The position numbers and the translations under genes are program-made. Shown in pieces: positions 30,762-40,520 of a stretch of 64,000 bases of DNA. Every line of letters begins with the position of its first letter. The first letter of the stretch is position 1. Source of the DNA: Iphione sp. A-MEVVRFRX5 (taxonomy: Eukaryota); NCBI GenBank assembly GCA_976226885.1, contig OZ320321.1, positions 57,908,001 to 57,972,000 of the forward strand. The letters run 5' to 3'. A model generated the notes under the pieces. It ran no database searches and was not told the origin of the DNA. It saw only the letters and a program-made list of their open reading frames with translations.

Positions 30762-33560
30762 TCATGATGTGTACATCATTAGCCTGATCTTCTGTTTGAA
30801 TTTGCTCTTTGGTAGTTCTACAGTTGTTTTTGGTAGGTCGTTCCATAGTTTAGAGCCTTTATATTTCACACTCCTCTTGTAGCTTTCAAGATTTGGTCTG
30901 TCCATGACAAATTTAGGTGCCTCGTCTGCTCTGGTTCTGATGTTTCCTCTGGCCGTGGTCTCACCAGCCATGTGCCAATGGTGCATTAACATGAGTATCC
31001 TCATATTCCTACGTGCGTCAAGGGTGGGAACTCTGCAAAGCTTCCGAGCAAGTGAGCTTCTCAGCAATTGGGAGAACGGAGACCGTGCGATCCTGTTGTA
31101 CATTCTGCATACTCGTTGATAGTTAACAGAGCGGTCATCGGTTAACAGGAAGAGGCCATACTCCAGGATCGGTAGTATGGTAGTCTTTATCAGTAGGATG
31201 CGATCACTTTGGGTGAGGATACTTCTGATTTTTCTGAAATAGTACAATTTGCTGCTAGCTTTTGCAATCGTTTTGTCTACTTGTGTATCAAGGCTTAGGC
31301 AACTATCCAAGTGGACACCCAGGTAGTTGTAGCTGTGTACATTTTCTAGCTTGTGGCCATTATATTCCAGTTCTGGTTGGTTTCTTGGTTTGTACCTATA
31401 CCTATACCACATTGCTTTTGTCTTGTTTTTGTTGATACATATTTTGTTTTCTTTTGTCCATTTGGATATTGAGTCGATGTCATCCTGCGCTTTATTTCTA
31501 GTTTCTTCGCTGTCTTCTGCTGCGGTGGTGATTACCATGTCGTCGGCATATAGTAAGGTTTTGCTGTATCTACACACCTTAGATATAGGATCAATAAAGA
31601 TAACAAACAGTAGGGGTCCCAGCAGTGAGCCCTGCGGGACACCACACTTGATGGTTGCCTTTTCTGATAGCACTCCGTTGGCAATAGTACGCTGGGTCCG
31701 GCCTGAGAGATAGTCTTTGAACCATAGAAGCTTGTCTACAATACCGAGGTCATGTAGTCTCTGTAGTATCGCTGCATGGCTGATGCTATCGAATGCCTTC
31801 CGGAAATCGAAATACACACTCACCACCTTGTTATGCTTGTTTAGGGCTGTGTGTACATTGTCTGTTAGTCTGCTGATTGCCAGGTCTGTCGACAGCCCCT
31901 TACGGAAGCCAAATTGGTTGCTGCTTAGTAGTTTCGCGTCTTCAAGGTATTTTGAGAGCCGTGTGTGAACGAGCCTTTCCAGTACCTTCCCCGGCATTGG
32001 AAGAATGCTAATAGGACGATAGTTACTGACATCTGCTTTTGGTCCACCTTTGTGTATCGGTGTCACAGTTGCACTTTTCCAGTCAGTGGGGATTTTATTG
32101 CTGTGCAGCGAGTCATTGATGATGTTTAGGAACTGTGGCATCACATGGTATAGTAGTGTTTTCAGGTGCCGCGTGGGGATAGCCGTGTAGCCAGATGGTT
32201 TCGTATCTTTCTGTGACTTAATGGTCTTGTACAGTTCCCAACTGGTTACTGGAGTCATGTTGAACTTGTTCTCAATGTTGCCGTATGCTGGCTTGAAGTC
32301 CCCTAGTTCGCTCGCAATAGTATCCCCTATGCCAGTGAAGAATCTATTTATGTAGCTCGCTGTATCATTCTTCTGAACTTCCTCATTATTGTTGACCAGG
32401 TTAATCTGCTCCTTCGAGTTCTTACCTAACCCTAGGTAATTCCTCATTTCTTGCCAGAACTTCGCTGGACAGCTTCGATGTTCTTCTAACTGGGTCCTTA
32501 TGTATGTACGCTTCCTATGGTGTATCGCCCGACGTGTCGCAGTTCGTAATGCTTTTGCTTCATCCCATATTTTGGCATCCTTCGTCCTGCTTGCTTCTCT
32601 GAATTTCCTATTGCGCTGCTTGATTAGGCGTTTAATGTTATTGTTTATCCAGGGTGCATCCCGTTGGTCGTTAGACCTATGTTCTCGCATGGGACATACC
32701 GTGGTTACGATCAGCATTAATATTTGTAGCAACAGCTCCCATTTTGCATTGACATCTTTTTGTGCCCAGAACTCGGTCCAGTCTGTACTTTGGATGCTGG
32801 TCCGGATCTTGTTGCTGGTTAGATTCTTCCACATCCTCTTTCTACAGTTTGTTCGTTGTGTTTCTGTTTTCCTGGGATGTTCTGTCAATAGACGGAGTTC
32901 GATGATGTGGTGGTCAGACATGGAATCCTCTATCACCTTGGCATGTTCTGGGTGCGCATTGTTTGTTATGATCAGGTCAATGGTGCTTCTGGTATTTAAT
33001 GTTACCCTCGTTGGTGATCTGATTAGCTGTTTCAGGCCATTACCTTGTAGCCAGTCTTGTAGATCACGTGATTGGGTGCTGATTTTCGCCATGTCAGCGT
33101 TCATGTCTCCCAATATGTGAATTGTTTTGTTGACTCCGATTACCCTTAGGTCGTTTTCAAGTTTATTTGTACATGTCTGTATGCTTCCTGTTGGTGGTCT
33201 GTAGACTCCACAAAGGTAGAGTTTCTGCCCCACCCCAACTCTGACTTCTAGCCAGAGTTTCTCTATGTCTCGGTTGCATTCACTAAGGTCCCATAATGGA
33301 TTTGTATTGTACCTATTGTCACATTTGGTATAGATTAGGATACCTCCTCCTCTTGATTTACAGCCATTACCGACTGGCCTGTCTTGCCGCGCTAGGGTAT
33401 AGCCAGTGATATTAACAGCGGCATCTGGGACTGCGCTTGTGAGCCAGGTTTCTGAGAGAATTAGGAAGTCAGGCTTACGCTTATCGATCAAAAGCCTTAC
33501 TTCATCAATTTTGGGTAGTAGGCTGCGGATATTCAAGTGCATGATCTTGGTATTATTCAT
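30762..33560 (-). CDS. LINE ORF2p: apurinic/apyrimidinic-like endonuclease + reverse transcriptase (932 aa)
   Basis: APE motifs HLNIRSL, LSETWL, RGGGILIY, GVYRPP, LGDMNAD, PTR..STIDLI and SDH. RT motifs WKSATVTPIHK, NYRPISILP, QFGFRKGLST, DFRKAFD, GVPQGSLLGPLLF, YADD and YLGVHLD. C-terminal GSKLWNDLP is typical of the CR1/L2 group. There is an in-frame TAG 21 codons upstream of the ATG. Confidence 0.97.
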   Translation of the reverse strand: MNNTKIMHLNIRSLLPKIDEVRLLIDKRKPDFLILSETWLTSAVPDAAVNITGYTLARQDRPVGNGCKSRGGGILIYTKCDNRYNTNPLWDLSECNRDIEKLWLEVRVGVGQKLYLCGVYRPPTGSIQTCTNKLENDLRVIGVNKTIHILGDMNADMAKISTQSRDLQDWLQGNGLKQLIRSPTRVTLNTRSTIDLIITNNAHPEHAKVIEDSMSDHHIIELRLLTEHPRKTETQRTNCRKRMWKNLTSNKIRTSIQSTDWTEFWAQKDVNAKWELLLQILMLIVTTVCPMREHRSNDQRDAPWINNNIKRLIKQRNRKFREASRTKDAKIWDEAKALRTATRRAIHHRKRTYIRTQLEEHRSCPAKFWQEMRNYLGLGKNSKEQINLVNNNEEVQKNDTASYINRFFTGIGDTIASELGDFKPAYGNIENKFNMTPVTSWELYKTIKSQKDTKPSGYTAIPTRHLKTLLYHVMPQFLNIINDSLHSNKIPTDWKSATVTPIHKGGPKADVSNYRPISILPMPGKVLERLVHTRLSKYLEDAKLLSSNQFGFRKGLSTDLAISRLTDNVHTALNKHNKVVSVYFDFRKAFDSISHAAILQRLHDLGIVDKLLWFKDYLSGRTQRTIANGVLSEKATIKCGVPQGSLLGPLLFVIFIDPISKVCRYSKTLLYADDMVITTAAEDSEETRNKAQDDIDSISKWTKENKICINKNKTKAMWYRYRYKPRNQPELEYNGHKLENVHSYNYLGVHLDSCLSLDTQVDKTIAKASSKLYYFRKIRSILTQSDRILLIKTTILPILEYGLFLLTDDRSVNYQRVCRMYNRIARSPFSQLLRSSLARKLCRVPTLDARRNMRILMLMHHWHMAGETTARGNIRTRADEAPKFVMDRPNLESYKRSVKYKGSKLWNDLPKTTVELPKSKFKQKIRLMMYTS

Positions 33561-34333
33561 GGCTCTAGTTCCACTGAGTGCACTTTCGGGGGTCGGAGTG
33601 CTAGTCGAGGTGTCGTTGAGCTAGGCTGTGGATGGCAGTATATTTACAGTGGTATGTACAATCAGTGTGTGATGAGGATGCAATTATTCACAAATGTATG
33701 AGTCAAATAGACAATGTACAATGTGTCGGTGAGATCAAGTTCCGTTCAGCGAAACACTTATGGGTGTGTGTTTTGCGGTCACTGATAGTGACTTTGATGG
33801 CGTATATACAGTTTGATTTTTGTACGGGGTGCGGTTACTTTTACATTTCGTACTGTCATACCCATATAGAGGCAGTTTGGACGGTATTATTAAACGATTG
33901 AATATTGGTGACGAACGGATAGTGTGGCGATGTGGTTGTGTAATAACATGACAGTCTTACAACGTTAGTAAAAAATGTGGCGATATCATGCAAATTCAAC
34001 TTGGGAACTTAGAAAAGACTACCTTGACAAATATTTGGTCACGATTTCATCTTATCAGTATAGGCAATTACTGAGTATCGCATGAAAGTCACACTTATCT
34101 TTATTCACGTTACCGGTCTCACGGCCCCTCTTGGATCGACGGTCAGCACAGAGGTTTTAGGTAATCACTCACAGATGGCATGCATCACAGCCAGTCAGCC
34201 AGACATTACGCCCAGGCCCACCGGGTGTGCTACGTTATATCCACTTTGTTGTAGTGCTGTCTTACTAGTGCATTGCTGGACAACCGCCCAAGCACTGCCA
34301 TGACAGCCGATCCGTAATGTACACCTGATGAAT

Positions 34334-34999
34334 CTAGTGATCGGGAATGTCCTGAACGCGTTTTGCCAGCCAGTCGCCTATCTTCTCCCCGAGCTCGATC
34401 GTCTCTTGCCTTCCGAGGTGGATCCCGTCATACAGCTTTCCATATCGGTAGCGGGCCTTTCCCTTATGCTTCGAGTAGATGAGCCTGGAGCACCAGATGT
34501 TACCCTCTCCATTACTGGCATTTTGCACGGTGATGATGTAATTCAGCTCACGGACAAGTTTTTCGACGAGTGTTTGACAGTCCCGGTATCGCGATGCCTC
34601 TTTTTCTATTCCGTTGAGCCAAAAGTTATATTTCAGGAGATGCATACTGAAGACCGTGGCAAACACTATTCGCGTTGCTGGGTACAGCGCGTGCAGTTTC
34701 TGGTATATACCTGTTACTTTCTTCTCCAGCTCCCGCCGTCCTATTCTCACAGATGTATAGCGCGGTATAACCCATCGCTTCCCATCCTGCTTGACCAGTC
34801 TTGTTATGTTGTTAATTCCGGCCATTACCACTAGGAAGTGGGGGTGTGGGTGGAATCGATGTTTACTCACGTGAGTGTACAGTGATTTGAAGTTTCCGCC
34901 TGGTATAAACGTTACACGGCCTGGTAGACCTAAGGTATTCAAAGCATTCTGTAGGTGCCGACCGCGACTGTCAGTTAAATACACGATGTCGCCCTCCAT
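34334..34999 (-). CDS. Stand-alone SGNH/GDSL-type hydrolase (esterase-like) ORF inside the LINE (221 aa from ATG 34999)
   Basis: All four SGNH blocks are present in order: IVYLTDSRGR (Ser), TFIPGG (Gly), VVMAGINNIT (Asn) and LYDGIHL (Asp/His). The ATG lies 13 nt after the ORF1 stop. Confidence 0.85.
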   Translation of the reverse strand: MEGDIVYLTDSRGRHLQNALNTLGLPGRVTFIPGGNFKSLYTHVSKHRFHPHPHFLVVMAGINNITRLVKQDGKRWVIPRYTSVRIGRRELEKKVTGIYQKLHALYPATRIVFATVFSMHLLKYNFWLNGIEKEASRYRDCQTLVEKLVRELNYIITVQNASNGEGNIWCSRLIYSKHKGKARYRYGKLYDGIHLGRQETIELGEKIGDWLAKRVQDIPDH

Positions 35000-35012
35000 G
35001 GGTGTCACTTCT

Positions 35013-36773
35013 TTATACAATCTTGGAAAGTTCCCGTAGCTCTGCTCGAGTTAGTTCTAGGACCTGTCCTGATGTGTTCATACCTTCGTATGACCTCTCT
35101 TTGATCTGGGTTGAGTGCAAAGAGGCACCAGCGCCCCAGTAAGTGTCATTCGAAGCTTCGACAAGCGTTCGTTCACCTGTATCGAGTAGCGCCTCGCCTG
35201 CAATCGGGTTTTGTGTAAACTTATGTAACGAGAGTTCTTCCATTATTGCCTGCTGTTTTTGTTTCCATTGTTTTGAGTCCTTGACCTTCTTCTGCAGTCT
35301 TCGTACACCCAGGGTTGTTTGGCAGTCCCTAATCGCCTCCGCTATTTCGTTCTCCCCTGAGTCGACTGCTCTAGCCCATTGATAGGCTTGTTCCGTGCAG
35401 TTGAATGTGTTTTCTCTCCAACGGAGGTTGCATTTATATAGGCTGGACAGTGTGTGGTCTTCTCCGGAGTAAAATAAGTATTCATCATCCTTGATTTCCC
35501 TCGTTCTTTCTAGCGACAGTTCCCTCGGAAGATCGCATAGTCTGTCATGTTTATATATACGGTCTTCAATTTGAATAGCATCTCCTTTCATCTGGACCTT
35601 TAGATCATGCTCCTTCGCCAGTCTTGCTACGGCTCTCAGGTTCGATTGTCTCTTGCGTTCTTCGGCGGTCTGGTCATGGTTGATCCAAATGTTGCCTGTG
35701 CCCCTCACGTCTTTAAGTTTTCCTTTCTTCTGCATCAGCTCATCCTTTTTTTCATTATCTTTGAATGATAGGAAAACTCCAGGTGTTCCATTGGGGTCTT
35801 TCCTTCCACTTCGTCTGCACTCCGCTAGATCCGACTTCCTTAGCCGAACACCTATTTTCCCCGTCAGGTCTATCACTTTTTGCTTCAGATCCTCGCCATC
35901 GGTGTGCTGTATTCCATCGATATATACATTCTTTCGTCTGCTTTGCCGATGCAGGGAATCAACGCTTCTCTTCAGGTTGGCAATAATTTCTGATTGAGGT
36001 TTGTCCGTTCCTTTGCCATGTATCATCGCCCTCAGCTTTGCGTTATCATCTTCTAGTGCCTTTACTTTTGCCTCCAGTGACTCCACTTTACTCCGAGTGT
36101 CCGCGGCCGATTCCTTCATATTCTTCCTGTCCTGATCCGCTGCGGTTACTTGTTTTTCTAGCGTTTTGACTTTCTTGTCTATACTCTGGCGAGTTTTTTC
36201 CCCTTGGGCAAGGACAGTTTGTAATATATCCTCAAGCGTTAATGGTGCGTCCTTTTCTTTCTTCTGCACTGGGTCCTTTTGAACTCTCTTTATCTCATCT
36301 TCTGTTCCCGGACTGTTCGCCTTTCTTTTCTTCGCCTCCGATCGCCCTCGATTTGCCGGTATTTTGAGTGATTCATCGTCTGTGACATATTCATCGTCGT
36401 CATCTGGTCTTTCATCATAGGTGTCCATTTCTTCGTCTCCTGTTAGGTCTGTCTCATCGTTGTCACACACACTAGGGTCATCTGCGCTCACAGAATAATC
36501 GTTCGTTGTGTCTTGGTTCGCCTTTTTTCTGATTAACGCGAGTCCCTCTGCCAGGCTTACCGGTGTAGCTTTAATTACATTTGTCAACGTAATTGAGGCA
36601 TCAGTCGGAAGAGAATGACGCCGCCCTCCTTGAAGGCGTTGTTTACTAGGTTGTTGGGTTAAGGTTTGTTTACTTTTGCCCGAAGCGTCGGTGGGCCGCC
36701 CCGACCGTTGTGACCTAGATGCCCCGGTTTGAATGGGGTCGTGCAGCTCCCTACCTGTACAGGCCTGCGACAT
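35013..36773 (-). CDS. LINE ORF1p: acidic/basic N-terminus + coiled coil + L1-type RRM/CTD + C-terminal NADAR (YbiA-like) domain (586 aa from ATG 36773)
   Basis: Heptad-rich segment (LEKQV...KVESLEAKVKALEDDNAKL) leads into SRRKNVYIDGI..GEDL, ECRRSG, VFLSF and IWINHDQT, the L1 ORF1/Transposase_22-like pattern. From 35483 the NADAR motifs follow: FYSG..LSSL, FNCTEQAYQ, KFTQNP, LLDTG..LVEASNDTYWGAG and GMNTSGQVL..TRAEL. Confidence 0.92.
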   Translation of the reverse strand: MSQACTGRELHDPIQTGASRSQRSGRPTDASGKSKQTLTQQPSKQRLQGGRRHSLPTDASITLTNVIKATPVSLAEGLALIRKKANQDTTNDYSVSADDPSVCDNDETDLTGDEEMDTYDERPDDDDEYVTDDESLKIPANRGRSEAKKRKANSPGTEDEIKRVQKDPVQKKEKDAPLTLEDILQTVLAQGEKTRQSIDKKVKTLEKQVTAADQDRKNMKESAADTRSKVESLEAKVKALEDDNAKLRAMIHGKGTDKPQSEIIANLKRSVDSLHRQSRRKNVYIDGIQHTDGEDLKQKVIDLTGKIGVRLRKSDLAECRRSGRKDPNGTPGVFLSFKDNEKKDELMQKKGKLKDVRGTGNIWINHDQTAEERKRQSNLRAVARLAKEHDLKVQMKGDAIQIEDRIYKHDRLCDLPRELSLERTREIKDDEYLFYSGEDHTLSSLYKCNLRWRENTFNCTEQAYQWARAVDSGENEIAEAIRDCQTTLGVRRLQKKVKDSKQWKQKQQAIMEELSLHKFTQNPIAGEALLDTGERTLVEASNDTYWGAGASLHSTQIKERSYEGMNTSGQVLELTRAELRELSKIV

Positions 36774-39700
36774 GTTACACACTGGTGATCGCTACTTTAC
36801 TTTTGGATTTACAGTCTCACCTTGTCGTTTTGTGTGTTATTATGCCGCTGTGGACGTTCCAGGTACAGTCACTGTGTCGTCGGTATCCTTGCTTTTGATG
36901 TTGGCCTCCTTTATTCCTTAGTTTTGGTTAGTGCTCATCGCTCCCGCTCCCCATGCATGTCTGCTCGCTACGCCATCATAAATGAAATACGTATTCCCAT
37001 GTACTCGTGAGAAACTCGTCAAATAAGCCCCGGTGCTAAACGAGCAAAGTTATTTCTTTATGCGAAGTAACTTGATATAATAACTATACTTATTTACAAG
37101 ATGAACTCTTTATATACCGTAAAAGGACTAGATTGTAAAGTCTTCTGTGTAGCATCCTTCTCCTGGGAGAATGTCGGCACGCAATACGCTTGAGTCAATG
37201 GACTAGTTGTTTGCCGCCATACTGAAGACTTCGACACCCTGCGGGTTAAAACCTTATTAAATCTAATTCAGGAGATATTAATCTGTAGCCTGAATCTTAC
37301 ACAAAACACTTCAGCACGCAAGCCGCCTCAGTATCCTCTTCAAGTGTAGTTCTCATGTATTAACATGATACGTCGTTTCCGAAAGCATGTATCTAAATGG
37401 TGGATTTTGTTTTAAAGATGTATTACTTGCCGTATCATCCAGAATAATCGACATCTTACGCATCAAATTTGAGTGGATAACATCAAAGTAATTTTAATTA
37501 GCAACACGACCATGACAAAAGCTGTGTAATTAACTATTCATTTCTATATTCACCAACGACAGGAAAAGGCAAAGGAAAGCAAGGAGGCCTTGGGTTGTAG
37601 CGATGTGGACTATTAAGAAGCGGTGGGGGTGGAGGCAAGCGCTCGGTACGGCAGGCGGTTAGACAAGCACTGCCGCCTCGACAATTAGGCCTGTCACTCG
37701 TCACCTGTTATCATCTTCATTGTGGACAGCCGCGAGTGGCAGGCCTTCTCCATCATGCCAGCAGGCATCGCACATACCGACACACGTTCTCACACGCGCG
37801 AATTGAACACTTGGAGCTTGCCGACGACGGATGCTCGCTCGCTCGTCGAACCAGAACACGCAGCCTTTTAGGCATTGATATTCACATATGCATAGGTTTT
37901 CACCCACTTTTATCGTTTGTACTAAAGCCCGACAATGTCGTAGAGGGGAATATTCCCCGTTTCTCCCTGCGCGTCAATCAATAACGACCATTTTCGGTAC
38001 ACAACTCCAGACAGTAAAATGATTCTGATGATAAAGGGTTAGGGGAGAGAAGGACGGAGCGTTCACAAAAGATACAAGACAGTAACACGGAGAAGGTGAT
38101 ATTGAGAAAGTAAAAGGCACAGCAATAACGAGAGAACAGCCATTAAGAGAAACTCAGACGACATCTGATAGAGGTGGCAAGATGAACGAAAAGAGATCTA
38201 CAGGCCCTAGAAAGACAGAAAAGGTAATTCTATAATAGTGGATAAGCATGGCAGATTGAGTGGAACGGTTTCGACATCATGCGACAAGGCATGCAGAGAA
38301 GAAAGCTGTACAGCTCTTTTCCAAAGGACGACCCTGCATATTGTATATCAGCAGTGCGATAAGTGGCTTCTGGAAATTATGACGTTATGGGCAGAATTCT
38401 GTGCGGGCATTTTGTATACAGGCATACAAGTGAGTGAGCTATGGAACACAGGAAATGCGGCTTAAGATCCCAAGCCATTATCCCTGTAGCCCCACTATTG
38501 CACGTGTGCATGTCTGCGTAAATTAGGATGGAAACAGACTACCAGGCCGGTACTACCGTATTGCACGTCCTTGCGCAATTCCGCAAGAAGGCCTTGAAGG
38601 TGGATTTAATGTGTGTAAGTATTAACTGTATTTGGGAGACCGTTGTCGAACCAGCCCATCGACTGGGAAGATACAATGGAGGGGCAGGTGCCCGAGCCTA
38701 ATGTATGGGGCCAGTCATTGGGGCGTCTTTACTGAATAGTCTGTCGATACAATCTCGCTAAAAACAAATGCCTTTTTCAGTCGGTGGCAATTTAATTGTT
38801 GCCATCAGATTAGGCAGCCCGGCAATTCCTCCATACTACATGGTCTTAAGACAGTCATTTAATGTCTTGTTTCCTGGTCGTTTCTGGTACTTAAGAAGGG
38901 ACCTGTTGATGTAGATAATATTTTTGTCGCCAAAAGTGTGTTTGCCAATGAAACTTCCAGCCTCAATAGGAAAGCACGTAAATGACCTCTGAATTCAATT
39001 CCGGTGCGTTTTTATATGGCCTTTGTGAATGCTACAACCATGGTGGTTATAACCGTGTGATCGTAACGTTTAGCAATGAGAAATCCTGTGGAAACATGTG
39101 GCAGTCTGTAGCAAAGATTCACTTCTTATAAAAGAAATAACAGTAAATATCCCAGCAAACAGCAAAGACTATCTCAACTCGCACTTTAAACACAAGTTCA
39201 ACTTCAAGGGAAATGGAAATATGGCTTTCAATTTCTAGATTAACTCTCCAGATAATCTCTCTAATCACTCTATCTTAATCAGAAGTATTGCATTCATTGG
39301 GGGGGTCACAAGAACTCGCGAACTAGAAGAGTAGGAATCGCAAGAGGAAAGAGTTGCAAGGCAGAGCAAAGACCATTATTATCATTTTCATGCAGTGTAG
39401 CCCCAGTTTGAGACAGATCATAGCGAGATCAAATGAGGAGAGGGACAAATATTTCTAAGACCAAATATTCCATTCCCCATGATATAGAAAAGATCAAAAG
39501 AGACCAAATCATGGAAAAGCCACGGTCCTCTACACGGGTCTCAACTGCATCCATGTTATATCAGCCCATTTATTAAAAGTTATATTTTATGTACATAACC
39601 TTGGACATATCAGTCAAAGATGAAATACATGTATTCCTATATGCTTAGAGTGAGAATAAAACAATGTAAAGTATGAAACATTCCCTCCGAACTCTACTTT

Positions 39701-40076
39701 CCTATATTTTGCATTAGTTTGGTCCCCTAATACAAAGGATGTATTTAATTCTCCATCATTGGTCCCTTTATAGATATATTGCTGTACTCCGTATAGCATG
39801 CATCGTACACATAAACTAGATGGTAGGTTATCTACAGTTGTCCTAAATTTGGCCTTCGTGAATTATGGGAATCGCCTTTAACAGTATTGATTACGTGATG
39901 AATCTCTATGGCCTTCGCTTTTTTGTGTTTTCGTCAAAGAAAATCGCGACCATGCGAAACCTGATAGAAATTCTACATTCCATTTTTAAAAAAACCTATA
40001 GAGGTAGAAACATACGGTACAATCTAAACCTATGCGCACATTCAATGCAAAAGAACATTCGCTTTCAAGTACCAAC

Positions 40077-40143
40077 CTGATGTGTACAGTAGGACATGTA
40101 CAACTGACAGTAAAAAGACGGCGACGGCCACACTCCCTTCCAT
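40077..40143 (-). CDS. Candidate signal-peptide coding segment of a secreted or membrane protein (MEGSVAVAVFLLSVVHVLLYTS-G, phase-1 intron)
   Basis: First in-frame ATG after an upstream TGA; a hydrophobic 22-aa stretch; ends at CAG|GTTGGT. No downstream exon was identified in this window. Confidence 0.4.
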
Positions 40144-40379
40144 GAAGTCTGCACCAGCTGCTCGTTCATGCTCCTCCAGGCCTACGGAGCTGCTCACCCG
40201 CCCTGTGCCCTTTGGCCGAATTCATCGGCCCAGTCAGTGGTCCCCAAATGAACCGTGTGCCGCCTACTATTGGTCTGGGAGTGCACCGAGAGGTCCTGCC
40301 GTCTGAAGAGGGGCTCGTCCGATGTGGGAATGATACTGTCTCGAAGCCTAAGATCGTCTGCTATTGTTGTTCTTGGGCG

Positions 40380-40520
40380 NNNNNNNNNNNNNNNNNNNNN
40401 NNNNNNNNNNNNNNNNNNNNNNNNNNNNNNNNNNNNNNNNNNNNNNNNNNNNNNNNNNNNNNNNNNNNNNNNNNNNNNNNNNNNNNNNNNNNNNNNNNNN
40501 NNNNNNNNNNNNNNNNNNNN
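40380..40520. other. Assembly gap (141 N)
   Basis: A run of N inside the candidate exon 2, flanked by a low-complexity (GGT)-rich tract. Confidence 1.

Larger units (their letters stand above)
30251..36977 (-). mobile_element. Apparently full-length, intact non-LTR retrotransposon (LINE), CR1 group (Crack/Daphne/L2-like), with three ORFs
   Basis: Three stop-free ORFs in tandem on the minus strand (ORF1, SGNH, APE-RT), a ~490-nt 3' UTR, AATAAA and a 19-nt poly(A) tail (poly-T at 30251-30269 on +). The 5' end is estimated at GATGGCG (36977), ~200 nt before the ORF1 ATG. No clear TSD was found, so the 5' boundary is approximate. Confidence 0.95.

Noticed and set aside
31351-33120. Plus-strand ORFs of 120, 83 and 206 aa
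   Set aside because: They are antisense shadows of the A-rich ORF2 coding strand.
34328-34834. 168-aa plus-strand ORF
   Set aside because: It is antisense to the SGNH ORF with no recognisable motif; a shadow ORF.
36978-36990. Possible TSD TATTTCAT vs TATCTCAT (near 30241-30248)
   Set aside because: It has a mismatch and is offset from both junctions, so it is not a convincing duplication.
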